Position numbers and translations under genes: made by a program
Notes under the pieces: model-generated
What the model was told of the DNA's origin: nothing
Database searches by the model: none
The model's input: the letters and a program-made list of their open reading frames with translations, nothing else
Origin: Mobula hypostoma
Taxonomy: Eukaryota
Direction: 5' to 3'
Length of the DNA stretch: 64,000 nt
Assembly (NCBI RefSeq): GCF_963921235.1
Contig: NC_086097.1
Location: 94,676,001-94,740,000 of the forward strand
Shown: piece by piece, positions 62,783 through 64,000 of the stretch
Layout of the letters: every line of letters starts with the position of its first letter
Numbering within the stretch: the stretch's first letter is position 1

Positions 62783-63564
62783 CTTTGATCACTTGTTACT
62801 CTATGCTGTCCCATTGCATGTCCTTTACTGTACCCCTGGCCTCACCTGCACCTATTTCTGTAACATCCTTCAACCTATAGGCTCCTCTGATTCCCTTCTC
62901 TAACAAATTCCATCTTTCAGCCGCTCCACCTCTGCAGAAGTGCTTCCAGGAACTTTTCTTCTAAACCAACGAACCCTTCTGCTTCCCTTCATTCCTTCAA
63001 TGCGCCCTTTAAATTCATGTCCTTGTCCAAACTTTCCATAAACTACCTGTATCATAATTACTTATTCTATTCAGGGATCGCAAGACTCTATCTGACACGG
63101 GTAATGTAAAATACTGCAACTCCTGTTCACTGGTTTATTGGAGAGACTGGTGGCAGCGGAGCAACGTGGCCTCGGTTAGAGTGAGGACGAGGCTCACGGC
63201 ACCGGCTTACCCATTGCAGCCGCCCAGGAGGGGAGACGCCAGAGGTGGTGGGACACAGCGTCCATGCTAAACTGTGTTGGCTCGGTGCATTGCATGCATT
63301 CATCTGCGAATTGCTGGGGCTTGTTCTTGCCAATAGCGCCCATGCACCATTAATTCACAAGGCATGTCAACTCAGGGTCTTGGGGATACATAAATGTCTT
63401 TTGTGTGACTATGTTTACTGCTATGTTATATGTGCTATGTGTGCCTTGTGCTGTGTATGACTATCGGTACTGTGTTTTGTACCTTGGCCTGGAGGAACGC
63501 TGTTTCATTTGGCCGTATTCATGGATAGTTGAATGATAATTAAACTTGAACTTGAGCTTGAAAA

Positions 63565-63790
63565 GATACGACACGTTACCAGGCACTTCCAGCCCAATGA
63601 GCCCACACCCGCGCAACAAGAAACCTGCTAGCCTATAGATCCTTGGCATGTGGGAGGAAACCAGAGCATCTGGAGGAGATCTGTGCAGTGTCTGGGAGAA
63701 CGTTTTAATCCCTTACAGACAGTGCTGGGATTGATCCCAGGCCGCTGGTGCTGTAAGAGCACTGCACCAATCATTACGCTACCCTGCTGC
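63565..63790 (-). mobile_element. V-SINE-like element, degenerate
   Basis: Reverse V-domain ttggcatgtgggaggaaaccagagcatctggaggag; head near 63720-63785. Confidence 0.55.
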
Positions 63791-64000
63791 CCATTATCTG
63801 CCTGTAGCTCTAATATCCCTGGAATAACTTACAAAATGAAATTTGATCTTAAAGGAACAGTGAATTTTTGGTGCCAAAGCACCCCGGCACTAAAAGAATC
63901 TGGTGGCAGATTCAGTCTATGGTCCTTGAAGGCGTGGCCAGCATTGTTGTGGTGAATGAAGCTATTACTGCTGATCCCAGTACAGACTGAAAACAAAACT

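Overview
Eukaryotic, repeat-dominated vertebrate DNA, probably from an elasmobranch (shark or ray). That assignment is an inference from the repeat mix: V-SINE/HE1-like SINEs, abundant CR1 and Rex1/Babar-like LINEs, and Neptune-type Penelope elements. I recognise no host protein-coding exon, rRNA, tRNA or CRISPR array, so the window looks intronic or intergenic. The best-supported highlight is at the left edge. A Penelope-like element there has a stop-free 696-codon minus-strand frame (RT + Cys linker + GIY-YIG) that the ORF track misses because it runs off the window. It is capped by an inverted pseudo-LTR carrying a minimal type I hammerhead ribozyme, and degenerate tail-outward pLTR pairs recur across the window. 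Other notable items: a 120 x 20-bp minisatellite that arose inside a LINE ORF2 motif; a complete hAT (Charlie/Buster) relic with TSD; a nested hAT-in-hAT MITE; IR/DR Tc1 and Tigger-like relics; R4/Dong and RTE fragments; two near-intact CR1 ORF2s; two solo-LTR-like elements; short local duplications that may be templated insertions; and a few repeat-free islands that could be enhancers. I found nothing I can confidently call a wholly new biological system. All family names come from motif recognition, not database searches.
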